From a virus (Duplodnaviria > Caudoviricetes), in the IMG/VR virus record IMGVR_UViG_3300040529_000001, positions 1 through 59,638 of that record: a stretch of DNA of 59,638 nucleotides; one strand, 5' to 3'. The position numbers were made by a program, and so were the translations under genes. The notes below the pieces were generated by a model, which saw only the letters and a program-made list of their open reading frames with translations, ran no database searches and had not been told where the DNA came from. Shown in pieces: positions 17,493-25,854 of the stretch (the stretch's first letter is position 1; the number at the start of each line of letters is the position of its first letter).

Positions 17493-18002
17493 ATGATCGA
17501 CTACCTAAAGTTGCTGGACAAGATCAACCCCAGGCCAGACGGGGAGGACAAGATCCGGCTACGGACCGGCACGGTGACCACGGTCAACGCTGACGGAACC
17601 CTTGACATCACGATGTCAGACGGGGTGCTCCTGCCGAACGTGAACAAGCTCGCCACCGCGTACGCGCCCGCTGGCGCGGTGGTCCAGATCATCGTGTTCC
17701 GGGGCGCCATGCTGGTGATCGGCGCGGTGGGTACGGCCGCTGTCAACGGCCCGATGACCAAGACCGGCGCCACCTCCACCGGTCCGTCTGGCCTCACCTC
17801 GTTTACCACGGCGGTGGCTTTCGGCGTGACCTTTCCGGCCATCCCGAACGTGCACGTCAATCTGAACGGCGGCGCCGGTGCCACCGCGAGCTGGAACGAA
17901 CGGGCCATCAGCGTCTCCACCACGGGCTTCACGATCTTCGGATACGGCCCGGCCGCCAGCTTCACAGCGTCGTATCAGTGGACCGCCATCTACGCACCGT
18001 AA
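17493..18002 (+). CDS. minor tail protein (OB-like N-terminus, H-type-lectin/gp53-like C-terminus)
   Basis: RLRTGTVTTV N-terminus; VAFGVTFPAIPNV...VSTTGFTI...YQWTAI C-terminus. Confidence 0.7.
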   Translation: MIDYLKLLDKINPRPDGEDKIRLRTGTVTTVNADGTLDITMSDGVLLPNVNKLATAYAPAGAVVQIIVFRGAMLVIGAVGTAAVNGPMTKTGATSTGPSGLTSFTTAVAFGVTFPAIPNVHVNLNGGAGATASWNERAISVSTTGFTIFGYGPAASFTASYQWTAIYAP

Positions 18003-18011
18003 GGAGACCGG

Positions 18012-18296
18012 ATGCCCATCAACCCCATCCCGACCTCGGGACAGCGCACGTGGAAGATCAGCGTGGCCGGGCCGGACAACGTGGAGTTCACGGTGGAGGC
18101 GTATACCGCGACTTCCACCGAGGGCCAGGCCGACGCGGCCACCCAGTCCTTGATCAACCACCTGGCCCAGTGGCCCGATCTCGTGGAGATCGGGTACGCG
18201 CAGAAACAGGCGGTGGAGGTCTACGCCATCACCCCGGACGTCCCCCCGGTCCCCATCGTTGACGCGGCGCCAGGAAAGTCCGGTAAGTCACGCTGA
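18012..18296 (+). CDS. hypothetical protein (tail fibre-associated)
   Basis: AAGGAG RBS; last gene of the tail operon. Confidence 0.65.
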   Translation: MPINPIPTSGQRTWKISVAGPDNVEFTVEAYTATSTEGQADAATQSLINHLAQWPDLVEIGYAQKQAVEVYAITPDVPPVPIVDAAPGKSGKSR

Positions 18297-18299
18297 AAG

Positions 18300-18434
18300 C
18301 GGGGGGACTGGGGGGAGCGGGGGGACACCCATCGACTCCTCAGGTTCTGACGACGTTGTGTCTTGCGGCGCGCGTAACGCGTATATAGGGGGCGGGGGCT
18401 GGACGGTGTCCCCCCGCTCCCCCCAGTCCCCCCG
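18300..18434. repeat. G6/C6 inverted-repeat element copy 1 (perfect 30-bp arms); candidate replication origin
   Basis: CGGGGGGACTGGGGGGAGCGGGGGGACACC (18300-18329) is the exact reverse complement of 18405-18434; core shared with the copy at 49148. Confidence 0.85.
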
Positions 18435-18479
18435 ACCCTGGCCCTGACGGAATGCCCCCTCATCCGGTACGCTCAGGAC

Positions 18480-19133
18480 ATGACAGCCGCGCCTACTTGG
18501 TCGATCCTGGTCCCGACCCTGGGTGAGCGTCGCCCATTGTTCGAGCGGCTGATGGCCGGGCTCCTGCCCCAGCTCGATCCGTACGTGGGCCGGGTCCAGG
18601 TGGTGGGCTGGCACAACGACGGTTCGCCCTCGCTCCCCAAGATCCGCCAGGCCATGGTCCTGGGGGCCACCACGGACTATGTCTCGTTCGTGGACGATGA
18701 CGACCTGGTCAGCCCGTACTACGTGGCCGAGGTCGTCAAGGCGCTGGAGACCCGGCCGGACTACGTGGGGTTCCAGGTCCAGTGCTACTCGGACGGCGCA
18801 CCCACGGCGGTGTCCCACCACTCCCTGGAGTTCCGGCGCTGGCGCAACCTCCCGACCCACTACGAGCGGGACATCTCGCACATCAACCCGATCCGGACCG
18901 CGCTCGCCCGCAAGGCTGACTTCACGCTGGCGGGCCGCCGCGCCGAGGATCGGGCCTGGGCCGATCAGATCCGCGCACGGCGCCTCCTGCGCAGCCAGGT
19001 GGTCATCCCCAGGATCATGTACCACTACCTGTACGCCCCGAGCGGGAGCCGATGGCAAGTGCCCAGGAGCATCCGCCCCGGGGAGCGCTCGGCCATCACC
19101 AGCCCGCACTTCACCTGGAGCCCCGATGCCTGA
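18480..19133 (+). CDS. glycosyltransferase, GT-A fold (family 2-like)
   Basis: WSILVPT N-terminus, DYVSFVDDDD motif, AEDRAW; leaderless start after a TACGCT -10 box. Confidence 0.88.
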   Translation: MTAAPTWSILVPTLGERRPLFERLMAGLLPQLDPYVGRVQVVGWHNDGSPSLPKIRQAMVLGATTDYVSFVDDDDLVSPYYVAEVVKALETRPDYVGFQVQCYSDGAPTAVSHHSLEFRRWRNLPTHYERDISHINPIRTALARKADFTLAGRRAEDRAWADQIRARRLLRSQVVIPRIMYHYLYAPSGSRWQVPRSIRPGERSAITSPHFTWSPDA

Positions 19134-20967
19134 CCTGGCCATCCTCGTCCCGACCCGGGGCCGCCCCGAGAATATCCGGAAGGTCATCAGCGCCTGGGAC
19201 TTCACGAACGCGTGGGACCACGCGGACCTGATCCTGGTGGCCGATGCTGACGACCCGGAGATCCAGGGTTACCGGGACGTGGTGGCGCTGACCAAGCACC
19301 CGGACACCGAGGAGGAGCTGGTCAAGCTCGCCATCATGGACGAGTGGCAACCGATGGTGCACAAGCTCAACCTGGTGGCCGACGTATATGCCCAGACCAG
19401 GGGATACTTCGCCCTCGGGTTCGCCGGTGACGATCATCTCCCCCAGACCATCAACTGGGCCAAGCGGTATCTGACCGTGCTCCGCGAGCTGGGCACCGGC
19501 ATGGTCTACGGGGACGACGGATACCAGGGCCGCAAGCTCAGCACTGAGTGGGCCGTGACCTCGGACGTGGTCCGCGCGCTGGGCCGGATGGTCCCGGCGC
19601 CGGTGGAGCACATGTATTGCGACAACTCCATGATGGACCTGTTCGGCGCGGCCGGTGCGCTGAAGCACCTCCCCGAGATCCGGATCGAGCACATGCATCC
19701 GGTGGCCGGAAAGGCCGAGCGGGACGAGCAGTACGACCGGGTCAACCACCGGGACCAGTTCAGCAAGGACCGCCGCTCATACGAGCGCTGGCGGAACCTG
19801 GGCCGCGCCGCCGATGTGGCCCTGGTCCGCGACCTCAGGAAAGGACGTCCCGACGTGAGCACCGATCCAGCCCCCCGCGTTCCCCGGGCCATTCGCGTCA
19901 TCGGCTCCGGGCCGCGCCGCGTTGAGCGCTCCGGCCCGAGCGCCAACCGTCCCGCTCGGACCCCTCAGCCGGACCGGACGCCCCGGCACTTCCGCAACGT
20001 CCGCGCGGCCACGCCCGAGGACATCATGATCACCTTGGCCGACTTCGCCACCCAGGTCCCAGCGGACCAGGAGATCGTGGAGCTGGGGGTGTTCTGCGGC
20101 CGGACTGCCTTGCAAATGGCCTGGGGAGCGAGCCTGGGCAACGGCGCGCACGTGACCGCCATCGACCCCTGGGACCTCCCTGGCAACGTCTACAGCCCCC
20201 CGTTCACCGATGCGGAGTCGCGCACCTGGGCGCATCACTGGGTCCAGAGCCTGGGCTACTCGGAGAAGATCACGCTGGTGCACGGATTCAGCCACGAGGT
20301 GCCCTGGTCCGGACCGCCGGTGGGCCTGCTCTACGTGGACGGGGACCACACCAAGGAGGGCGCCAAGCGGGACATGGTGGTCTGGTCCGAGCGCCTGGCG
20401 CCGGGGGCCATCATCGCCGTGGACGACTACGGGCACCCGGACTGGCCGGGCGTGGGCGAGGCCGTGGACGAGCTGGTGGCCGAGGGCGTGCTGGAGACCA
20501 TCGAGATCTTCCATGACCGCCTGGCCGTGACCCGGCTGACCGAGCGCCAGGAGTGGGCGATCCTGGGCCACGCGGGTGAACCGACCCCCACCACGGCCGA
20601 GCTGATCGAGGAGGCGAACCAGTACCAGCCGGACGGTGTGGTCCACCCCCCGGTCACCGCCATCACGAGCGAGGGTGTCTCCCTGGAGCCGGACACGGCC
20701 GCCCTGGAGGCGGAGTGGGAGCGGGTGGACCCCGAGGGCGTGGCCGCTCTCCGCGAGTCGGGTGCTGCCCTTGTCAGTGAAATGTCAAAGCGCGCGGTGG
20801 TCTCGATCGGTGAGGCCATCCAGGTGGAGGGCACCCGCGCGGGCCAGTCGATCGAGGAGCTGAACACCGTCCAGCTTCGGGCGCTCGCCAAGGTCCGCGA
20901 GATCGTGCTGGGCGCGCGCAAGGACAAGCGGGCCGACATGCTCCAGGCGCTCCGGGACGGCCGGTGA
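19126..20967 (+). CDS. fusion of GT-A glycosyltransferase, class I SAM methyltransferase (Methyltransf_24-like) and a C-terminal Rho-N/HeH-like domain
   Basis: AILVPTRGRP...FAGDDH...MVYGDD (GT); IVELGVFCGRT...AIDPW...LLYVDGDH...IAVDDY (MTase); IEELNTVQLRALAK...KRADMLQAL (HeH). Confidence 0.82.
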   Translation: MPDLAILVPTRGRPENIRKVISAWDFTNAWDHADLILVADADDPEIQGYRDVVALTKHPDTEEELVKLAIMDEWQPMVHKLNLVADVYAQTRGYFALGFAGDDHLPQTINWAKRYLTVLRELGTGMVYGDDGYQGRKLSTEWAVTSDVVRALGRMVPAPVEHMYCDNSMMDLFGAAGALKHLPEIRIEHMHPVAGKAERDEQYDRVNHRDQFSKDRRSYERWRNLGRAADVALVRDLRKGRPDVSTDPAPRVPRAIRVIGSGPRRVERSGPSANRPARTPQPDRTPRHFRNVRAATPEDIMITLADFATQVPADQEIVELGVFCGRTALQMAWGASLGNGAHVTAIDPWDLPGNVYSPPFTDAESRTWAHHWVQSLGYSEKITLVHGFSHEVPWSGPPVGLLYVDGDHTKEGAKRDMVVWSERLAPGAIIAVDDYGHPDWPGVGEAVDELVAEGVLETIEIFHDRLAVTRLTERQEWAILGHAGEPTPTTAELIEEANQYQPDGVVHPPVTAITSEGVSLEPDTAALEAEWERVDPEGVAALRESGAALVSEMSKRAVVSIGEAIQVEGTRAGQSIEELNTVQLRALAKVREIVLGARKDKRADMLQALRDGR

Positions 20968-21707
20968 GGCTCAGCGCCAGCATCATGGCGCACCCGGACC
21001 GGGGGGAGGAGGTCACCAAGCTGGTGGCCGCCCTGGACCGCCCGGTGACGGTCTACTGGGACAGCGAGGGCAAGCCCTCGGGCAACGGTGACCGGGTCTG
21101 GCGCACGGCGCGCGGTGGCTGGTCCGTGGCCGACCCGGATGCGGACTGGCACGTCCTCATCCAGGACGACGCGCTCCCGTGCCCGGACTTCCTCGCGGGC
21201 CTTGAGCGCGCGCTGGCGTTCGTTCCCCAGGACGCGGTGGTCTCGCCCTACCTGGGCACCGGCCGGAACGTGCCGATCCGCTGGGAGGCCATGGCGAACG
21301 CGGCCGAGCGGGCCGGGGCGCCCTGGGTCCGCTCCACGAAACTGATGTGGGGGGTGGCTATCGTCCTCCCCGTGGCGCGCATCGGGGAGATGATCGACTA
21401 TGCCGACCGGCGCGCCGGGGTGCCCGATGACATGCGCGTGGCCGGGTGGGCGGAGAAGACCAAGCGGGAGGTCTGGTACACCTGGCCCTCCCTCGTGGAC
21501 CACGCCACCGTGCCCAGCCTGACCAAGCACAAGGCGCGTGAGCGGGTCGCGCGCCGCTGGCACTCCGGCTCCGCGCTGGAGATCAATTGGACCGGTCACG
21601 CTGTGACTGATCCAATGTTGGCCAGGCGCAACCCGGACCGGTCTGGGCCGAGCCGGGTACGCTCCCGGCAACGACTCCTTGCGGAGGAAGGTAGGAATGG
21701 TGCGTGA
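20964..21707 (+). CDS. glycosyltransferase (GT-A, actinophage type)
   Basis: Motifs IMAHPDR, WHVLIQDDALPCPDF and YTWPSLVDH; GTGA overlap. Confidence 0.78.
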   Translation: MRLSASIMAHPDRGEEVTKLVAALDRPVTVYWDSEGKPSGNGDRVWRTARGGWSVADPDADWHVLIQDDALPCPDFLAGLERALAFVPQDAVVSPYLGTGRNVPIRWEAMANAAERAGAPWVRSTKLMWGVAIVLPVARIGEMIDYADRRAGVPDDMRVAGWAEKTKREVWYTWPSLVDHATVPSLTKHKARERVARRWHSGSALEINWTGHAVTDPMLARRNPDRSGPSRVRSRQRLLAEEGRNGA

Positions 21708-21976
21708 GCAGGCGAGCACTACCGCCCCTCCAGCGGGACGTTTTGTTCCTGGCGCTCGGAGGAGCGTGGGGCAGCTACATCGTGTTCACGGCGGGTCCGT
21801 GGCCGCTGATGCTGATCTCCAGCGCGACGATGCTGGGGCCTGGCTTTCTGCGGCTCTGGCTCTCACGGCCCGGTATCGCGGACAGTCTCTCGTCGGGGCC
21901 ATCGGGGCCGGTGGGGCCGTCGCTCTCCTCGTCGTCTACGTCATCAGCGCTGGACCCTGGAGCTGAGCCCGGATGA
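21704..21976 (+). CDS. small two-TM membrane protein
   Basis: Two hydrophobic segments with a Ser-rich tail; GTGA and ATGA overlaps. Confidence 0.6.
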   Translation: MSRRALPPLQRDVLFLALGGAWGSYIVFTAGPWPLMLISSATMLGPGFLRLWLSRPGIADSLSSGPSGPVGPSLSSSSTSSALDPGAEPG

Positions 21977-22305
21977 GAAGGGCGATCCGCGAGCCGATGT
22001 CCCGCCCCGTCTGGATGGTCCTGGTGTCCTGGGGCATGGCGGTGCTGGTGATCTCGGGACTGCTCTCGGCCTGGATCTGGAACAACGACCGCCAGCAGGA
22101 GGCCGAGAACCGCAAGGTTCAGCGCGAGCAGGACCAGGCTATGTGCGTGATGCTCGACCTGTTCACCGCCGGGCCGCCGCCGGTGGACGGTCCGGCTGGT
22201 GACCGGGGACGGGTGATCCTGAAGGCGATGCAGGGATACCAGCGGACCCTCCATTGCGAGGACTTCGCCGAAGAGGGTCCGGTCACCCCCCGGCCGCGCG
22301 ACTAG
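21973..22305 (+). CDS. single-TM membrane protein (possible lysis accessory)
   Basis: N-terminal TM, then a coiled segment and two Cys. Confidence 0.65.
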   Translation: MRRAIREPMSRPVWMVLVSWGMAVLVISGLLSAWIWNNDRQQEAENRKVQREQDQAMCVMLDLFTAGPPPVDGPAGDRGRVILKAMQGYQRTLHCEDFAEEGPVTPRPRD

Positions 22306-22326
22306 GCGCCTTCTCCACCGTCCACT

Positions 22327-22355
22327 ACGTTACAGCCTTGACTGTGAAGTGTCAA
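22327..22355 (-). promoter_or_regulatory. promoter/operator TTGACACTTCACAGTCAAGGCTGTAACGT
   Basis: TTGACA-N17-TAACGT with a TGAC-N8-GTCA palindrome; 27 bp identical to 22929-22955. Confidence 0.75.
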
Positions 22356-22362
22356 CGGCAAA

Positions 22363-22393
22363 ACGGCCCGCACCCCTCGGGGTGCGGGCCGTG
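22363..22393. terminator. hairpin terminator between convergent genes
   Basis: ACGGCCCGCACCCC-TC-GGGGTGCGGGCCGT, with a T-run on the minus strand. Confidence 0.75.
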
Positions 22394-22401
22394 CTGGTGG
22401 G

Positions 22402-22875
22402 TCAGCGCTTGCGCGCGACCCAGACCAGGCCGTGGAACACGGTGGTGTGGCGCTGGTCCCAGACCTGGCCCTCACCCACCATGTGGATCTTCATTCCGCC
22501 ATCCTCCGGCCGGGAGCCCGCCACGACGTAGAGCGCGCTCTGCTCCGAGTCGGTGATCAGGTCACCGTCCTGGACGGAGGTCGCCAGCACGGCCTCAATC
22601 TCTCCGTGGGTGGTGCCCACGGCCTGGTCCAGCCGAGCGGCCACCGTGCCGTTGAACCGGTTGTCCACCGGCGCCACGGTGGCCTCCACCCCGCCGTTGG
22701 TGTCCAGCTCCCACGCCGAGGTCCGGCCCAGGGAGGCGAACGCCAGCGCCGTGTCCGCCAGTGCGAACGTGGCCGGGCGGGCCTCGTTCACCAGGGTCTG
22801 GCAGACCAGGCCCGCCTCGTTGCGCTCGGCAACGAAGATCGAAACACCGGTGATGGTGGCGGTGGTGACGTTCAT
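22402..22875 (-). CDS. hypothetical protein
   Basis: GGGAGG RBS, own promoter, GC3 bias. Confidence 0.75.
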   Translation of the reverse strand: MNVTTATITGVSIFVAERNEAGLVCQTLVNEARPATFALADTALAFASLGRTSAWELDTNGGVEATVAPVDNRFNGTVAARLDQAVGTTHGEIEAVLATSVQDGDLITDSEQSALYVVAGSRPEDGGMKIHMVGEGQVWDQRHTTVFHGLVWVARKR

Positions 22876-22925
22876 GGTGGCCTCCCTGGCCTCAGCTCGG
22901 GGCGTGTTCCCCGGTGCTGAGAACT

Positions 22926-22954
22926 ACTTTACAGCCTTGACTGTGAAGTGTCAA
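22926..22954 (-). promoter_or_regulatory. promoter/operator TTGACA-N17-TAAAGT
   Basis: Consensus hexamers plus the palindrome. Confidence 0.8.
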
Positions 22955-23016
22955 CACGTCTCGGCCTGGGAATCCTCGCCTTGTCATCAGAGAAGGCGTG
23001 CCTGTATAGTCGCGTC

Positions 23017-23289
23017 ATGACGATGAGAGAAGGTGAGACCGTGACGACCCAGGAAGAGCAGACCCCCGAGAGGTTCGTGGGCTACGGGCCAGCGGCCAAG
23101 TACCTGGGCCTGAAGCGGAACACGCTCTCCAGCTACGTGGCGCGCGGCATCGGCCCCACGGCCGAGCCGGAGCGCGAGGCCGAGGGCCAGTACAACCTCC
23201 CGGTGTTCACGCGGGAGAGCCTGGACGCCTGGAAGCGCGACCGGCCCGGCCAGGGCGCGCGGACTGACCTGGTGTCGTCCGCTGTGTGA
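23017..23289 (+). CDS. MerR/AlpA/excisionase-like HTH DNA-binding protein
   Basis: AAKYLGLKRNTLSSYVARG..P.P...W...RPGQGARTDL; leaderless from TTGTCA-N18-TATAGT. Confidence 0.82.
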   Translation: MTMREGETVTTQEEQTPERFVGYGPAAKYLGLKRNTLSSYVARGIGPTAEPEREAEGQYNLPVFTRESLDAWKRDRPGQGARTDLVSSAV

Positions 23290-23312
23290 CCCCCGCCTGA
23301 GGCGGTGCTGGA

Positions 23313-23348
23313 GCGAGAGCCCGGGGAGGTGGCCCCCCGGGCTCTCGT
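23313..23348. terminator. hairpin between convergent genes
   Basis: CGAGAGCCCGGGG...CCCCGGGCTCTCG. Confidence 0.65.
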
Positions 23349-23352
23349 GCGT

Positions 23353-23559
23353 TCAGGCCCCGTTCCCGGTGATGCCCGCCAGCTCGTCCGCGCTGACCCC
23401 GTGCCGCATGGCGGCCAGGATCTCCTTCAGCCGGAGGTCGTAGAGGCTGGCCAGCTTGCCCGCCTCCAGCTCCCCGGTGGTCGCCTCCAGTGCGTTGATC
23501 TCGCCGGTGGCCCAGGCCACGTTCTGGGTGGCGATCTGGGCGAGGGTGGCTGCCTGCAT
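23353..23559 (-). CDS. hypothetical protein
   Basis: AAGGAG RBS; promoter at 23608-23636. Confidence 0.7.
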   Translation of the reverse strand: MQAATLAQIATQNVAWATGEINALEATTGELEAGKLASLYDLRLKEILAAMRHGVSADELAGITGNGA

Positions 23560-23607
23560 GTCCGGCTCCTTCTGTCTGGCGGGGCCGCTCCCCCGCTCGT
23601 GAGACCA

Positions 23608-23710
23608 ACCTTACAGGCATGACTGTGCACTGTCAACTTCCCAGCCGCTTTGTGGTCTACCTCACAGGCACGGCTTCAGGGTTGACAGTGAACAGTCACG
23701 CCTGTAATGT
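23608..23710. promoter_or_regulatory. divergent promoter pair, each with a TGAC-N8-GTCA operator over its -35 box
   Basis: Minus strand: TTGACAGTGCACAGTCATGCCTGTAAGGT (23636-23608). Plus strand: TTGACAGTGAACAGTCACGCCTGTAATGT (23682-23710). Confidence 0.85.
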
Positions 23711-23752
23711 TCTCCATATCAGCAGCGAGGCACACGGACGAGGGAGAACGAC

Positions 23753-25297
23753 ATGACCGCCAAGGGCAAGATCAACGCAGCGAACGTTCAGGTGGGCGAC
23801 CGGGTCATCATGAAGGTCTACCGCCGCGAGGTGGAGGCGGACCGGGACGCGCTGGACTTCCTGGAGCTGGACTACGCGGTCGGCCCGAGCAGCACCAAGA
23901 CCGGCGAGGGTGTCCAGGTCGCCCGGGTGATCAGCAAGTCCTACGTGATCGTTGCCGGTGGCGGTTTCCACCGCCGGGACCGCCGGGTCTACCTGATCGA
24001 GACCTCGGTGGGCAAGTTCGAGGCGTCCCCGATCCAGACCATGATCCTGGCGCCGGAGGACACGGCCGGAATCAAGCGGGCTCACGTGGAGGCCCTGGAC
24101 GAGAACAAGCGCCAGGACCGGGCGGCCACCCCGGCCGAGGTCGAGGCCACCACCGAGGCCGACGCGCTCCGGACCGCCACCGAGGCCGCTCGGGTGGCCC
24201 CCACCCAGACCGAGGCCGCCGAGATCATGGCCGCCGCCATGGGCCTCCCGGTGGAGGCGCTGGCCTCCTGGGTCGCCACGAACTGGACCGGCCCGGCCGC
24301 TCAGGAGGACGAGGAGGACGAGGAGGCCCCCGAGGCCACCCCGGCCACCGAGGAGATGGGCGAGCCCAGCTCGACCGCCCAGGCCGCCGAGCTGGACGAG
24401 GACGATGAGAACGGAATGCACCCGGAGTGCGAGGCCAAGGGGTGCGACCTCCCCGAGGGCGCGCCGGAGTGCCGCCGGTGCGGCGCGGAGCCGCTGGTGA
24501 TCGAGGACGAGGACTTGACACTTCACAGTCAAGACGGTAAGGTTGACAACATGAACGAGACGAGCGAGACCCAGACCCCCGCCGAGACCACACCGGCCGA
24601 GCGCCACACCGGCTCCAGCGTCGTGAAGCTGATCGAGAAGGTCTGGGACCGCATCCGGGCCGACCACCCGGAACTCCCGGAGGTCGTGGTCACGACCGGC
24701 TCCGGCGAGGGCGTGAAGTGGGGCCACTTCCGGGCGGATAGCTGGAAGCTGGAGGGCACGGACGGCCGGTTCCATGAGTTCTTCCTGGCGAGCGAGGCCC
24801 TGGCCAAGGGCGCCCACCAGGTGCTCCAGACCACGATCCACGAGGCGGCCCACACGATCAGCAAGGCCCGGGGGATCAAGGACACCAGCCGTCAGGGCCG
24901 CTGGCACAACGCGGAGTTCAAGAAGGCGGCCGAGGAGCTGGGCCTGGAGCACAAGGGCAGCAAGGCCCACGCCTCCCACGGGTTCTCGTTCGTCACCCTG
25001 ACCCAGGCCACCAAGGACCGGTACGCGGACCTCCTGGCCGAGCTGGACCAGGAGCTGAAGCTGACCGGCCTCCTCCCGTTCTGGCTGGGTGGCAAGGACG
25101 AGGAGGGCGGAGAGGACGAGCAGGGCGGCGAGAAGATCACCGGCAAGCCCAAGGGCGAGGGCAACGGCACCAAGAGCGGCCCGCTGAAGGCCACGTGCCA
25201 GTGCGCGGAGCCGGTGATCATCCGGCTCAGCCAGAAGGTGCTGGACATGGGTGTGGTCAAGTGCACCGACTGTGACGAGCTGTTCCGGGCCGCCTGA
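23753..25297 (+). CDS. multidomain protein with C-terminal SprT-like zinc metalloprotease domain
   Basis: TTIHEAAH...DTSRQGRWHN..FK..AEELGL and a C-terminal CxC...CxxC; acidic low-complexity linker. Confidence 0.75.
   Translation: MTAKGKINAANVQVGDRVIMKVYRREVEADRDALDFLELDYAVGPSSTKTGEGVQVARVISKSYVIVAGGGFHRRDRRVYLIETSVGKFEASPIQTMILAPEDTAGIKRAHVEALDENKRQDRAATPAEVEATTEADALRTATEAARVAPTQTEAAEIMAAAMGLPVEALASWVATNWTGPAAQEDEEDEEAPEATPATEEMGEPSSTAQAAELDEDDENGMHPECEAKGCDLPEGAPECRRCGAEPLVIEDEDLTLHSQDGKVDNMNETSETQTPAETTPAERHTGSSVVKLIEKVWDRIRADHPELPEVVVTTGSGEGVKWGHFRADSWKLEGTDGRFHEFFLASEALAKGAHQVLQTTIHEAAHTISKARGIKDTSRQGRWHNAEFKKAAEELGLEHKGSKAHASHGFSFVTLTQATKDRYADLLAELDQELKLTGLLPFWLGGKDEEGGEDEQGGEKITGKPKGEGNGTKSGPLKATCQCAEPVIIRLSQKVLDMGVVKCTDCDELFRAA
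24515..24543 (+). promoter_or_regulatory. intragenic promoter/operator driving a leaderless in-frame ATG at 24551
   Basis: TTGACACTTCACAGTCAAGACGGTAAGGT-N7-ATG. Confidence 0.78.
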
Positions 25298-25313
25298 GCG
25301 GTCCGCCCCCGGC

Positions 25314-25369
25314 AAGGCCCGATCCCAGTGGGATCGGGCCTTGACACTTTGCAGTGATGACGGTAATGT
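25314..25369 (+). promoter_or_regulatory. hairpin immediately followed by promoter TTGACA-N17-TAATGT
   Basis: AAGGCCCGATCCCA-G-TGGGATCGGGCCTT overlaps TTGACA at 25341. Confidence 0.75.
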
Positions 25370-25409
25370 AATGGACGGTGGGAGAGGCCCGCCGGTTGGG
25401 GAGGTAGAG

Positions 25410-25787
25410 ATGCGGGACTGGTATGAGGATCTGGCCGACACGATGGCCAAGAGCCCGGACCTGGACAAGGTCCAGGAGGCGCTGGTCAAGGAGCGCGTGA
25501 TCCGCGAGGTGATGACCAAGAGCGGAGAGCCCCGGGACATCGTGGTGGAGATGATCGAGGCCATGAAGTCGATGGCGGACGAGGCCGTCCTGGACCTCAT
25601 GGAGGGCGAGCCCACCACGCTGCGGGCGGCCCTCCAGCGCTACGTGGACGCGCTGCCCGACGCCTACCCCAACCAGGAGGAGGCCACGGGGTGGGCTCTG
25701 GAGGTCACCAACGACCTGGCGTCCATCCTGGGCTACCCGTACCCCGGTCCGTGCAAGAGTCCGTGTGAGGCCTGCTCTCCGGCCTGA
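25410..25787 (+). CDS. hypothetical helical protein
   Basis: GGAGGT RBS, GC3 bias. Confidence 0.7.
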   Translation: MRDWYEDLADTMAKSPDLDKVQEALVKERVIREVMTKSGEPRDIVVEMIEAMKSMADEAVLDLMEGEPTTLRAALQRYVDALPDAYPNQEEATGWALEVTNDLASILGYPYPGPCKSPCEACSPA

Positions 25788-25854
25788 GCAGGGCGGATAG
25801 GTTTCTTCCTCCCCGGGGTTGCACACTTTGCAGTCGGTACGGTAAGGTATCTCT

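Noticed and set aside
18679-19125. N-terminal extensions given by the ORF track (e.g. 18679, 38993, 5690, 52723, 30712)
   Set aside because: They overlap upstream genes or promoters; downstream starts with RBS or coupling fit better.
22948-23710. Lysogeny/immunity module (divergent promoters plus HTH)
   Set aside because: I recognised no integrase, attP or ParAB anywhere, so a temperate lifestyle is not supported, though a plasmid-like or carrier state cannot be excluded.
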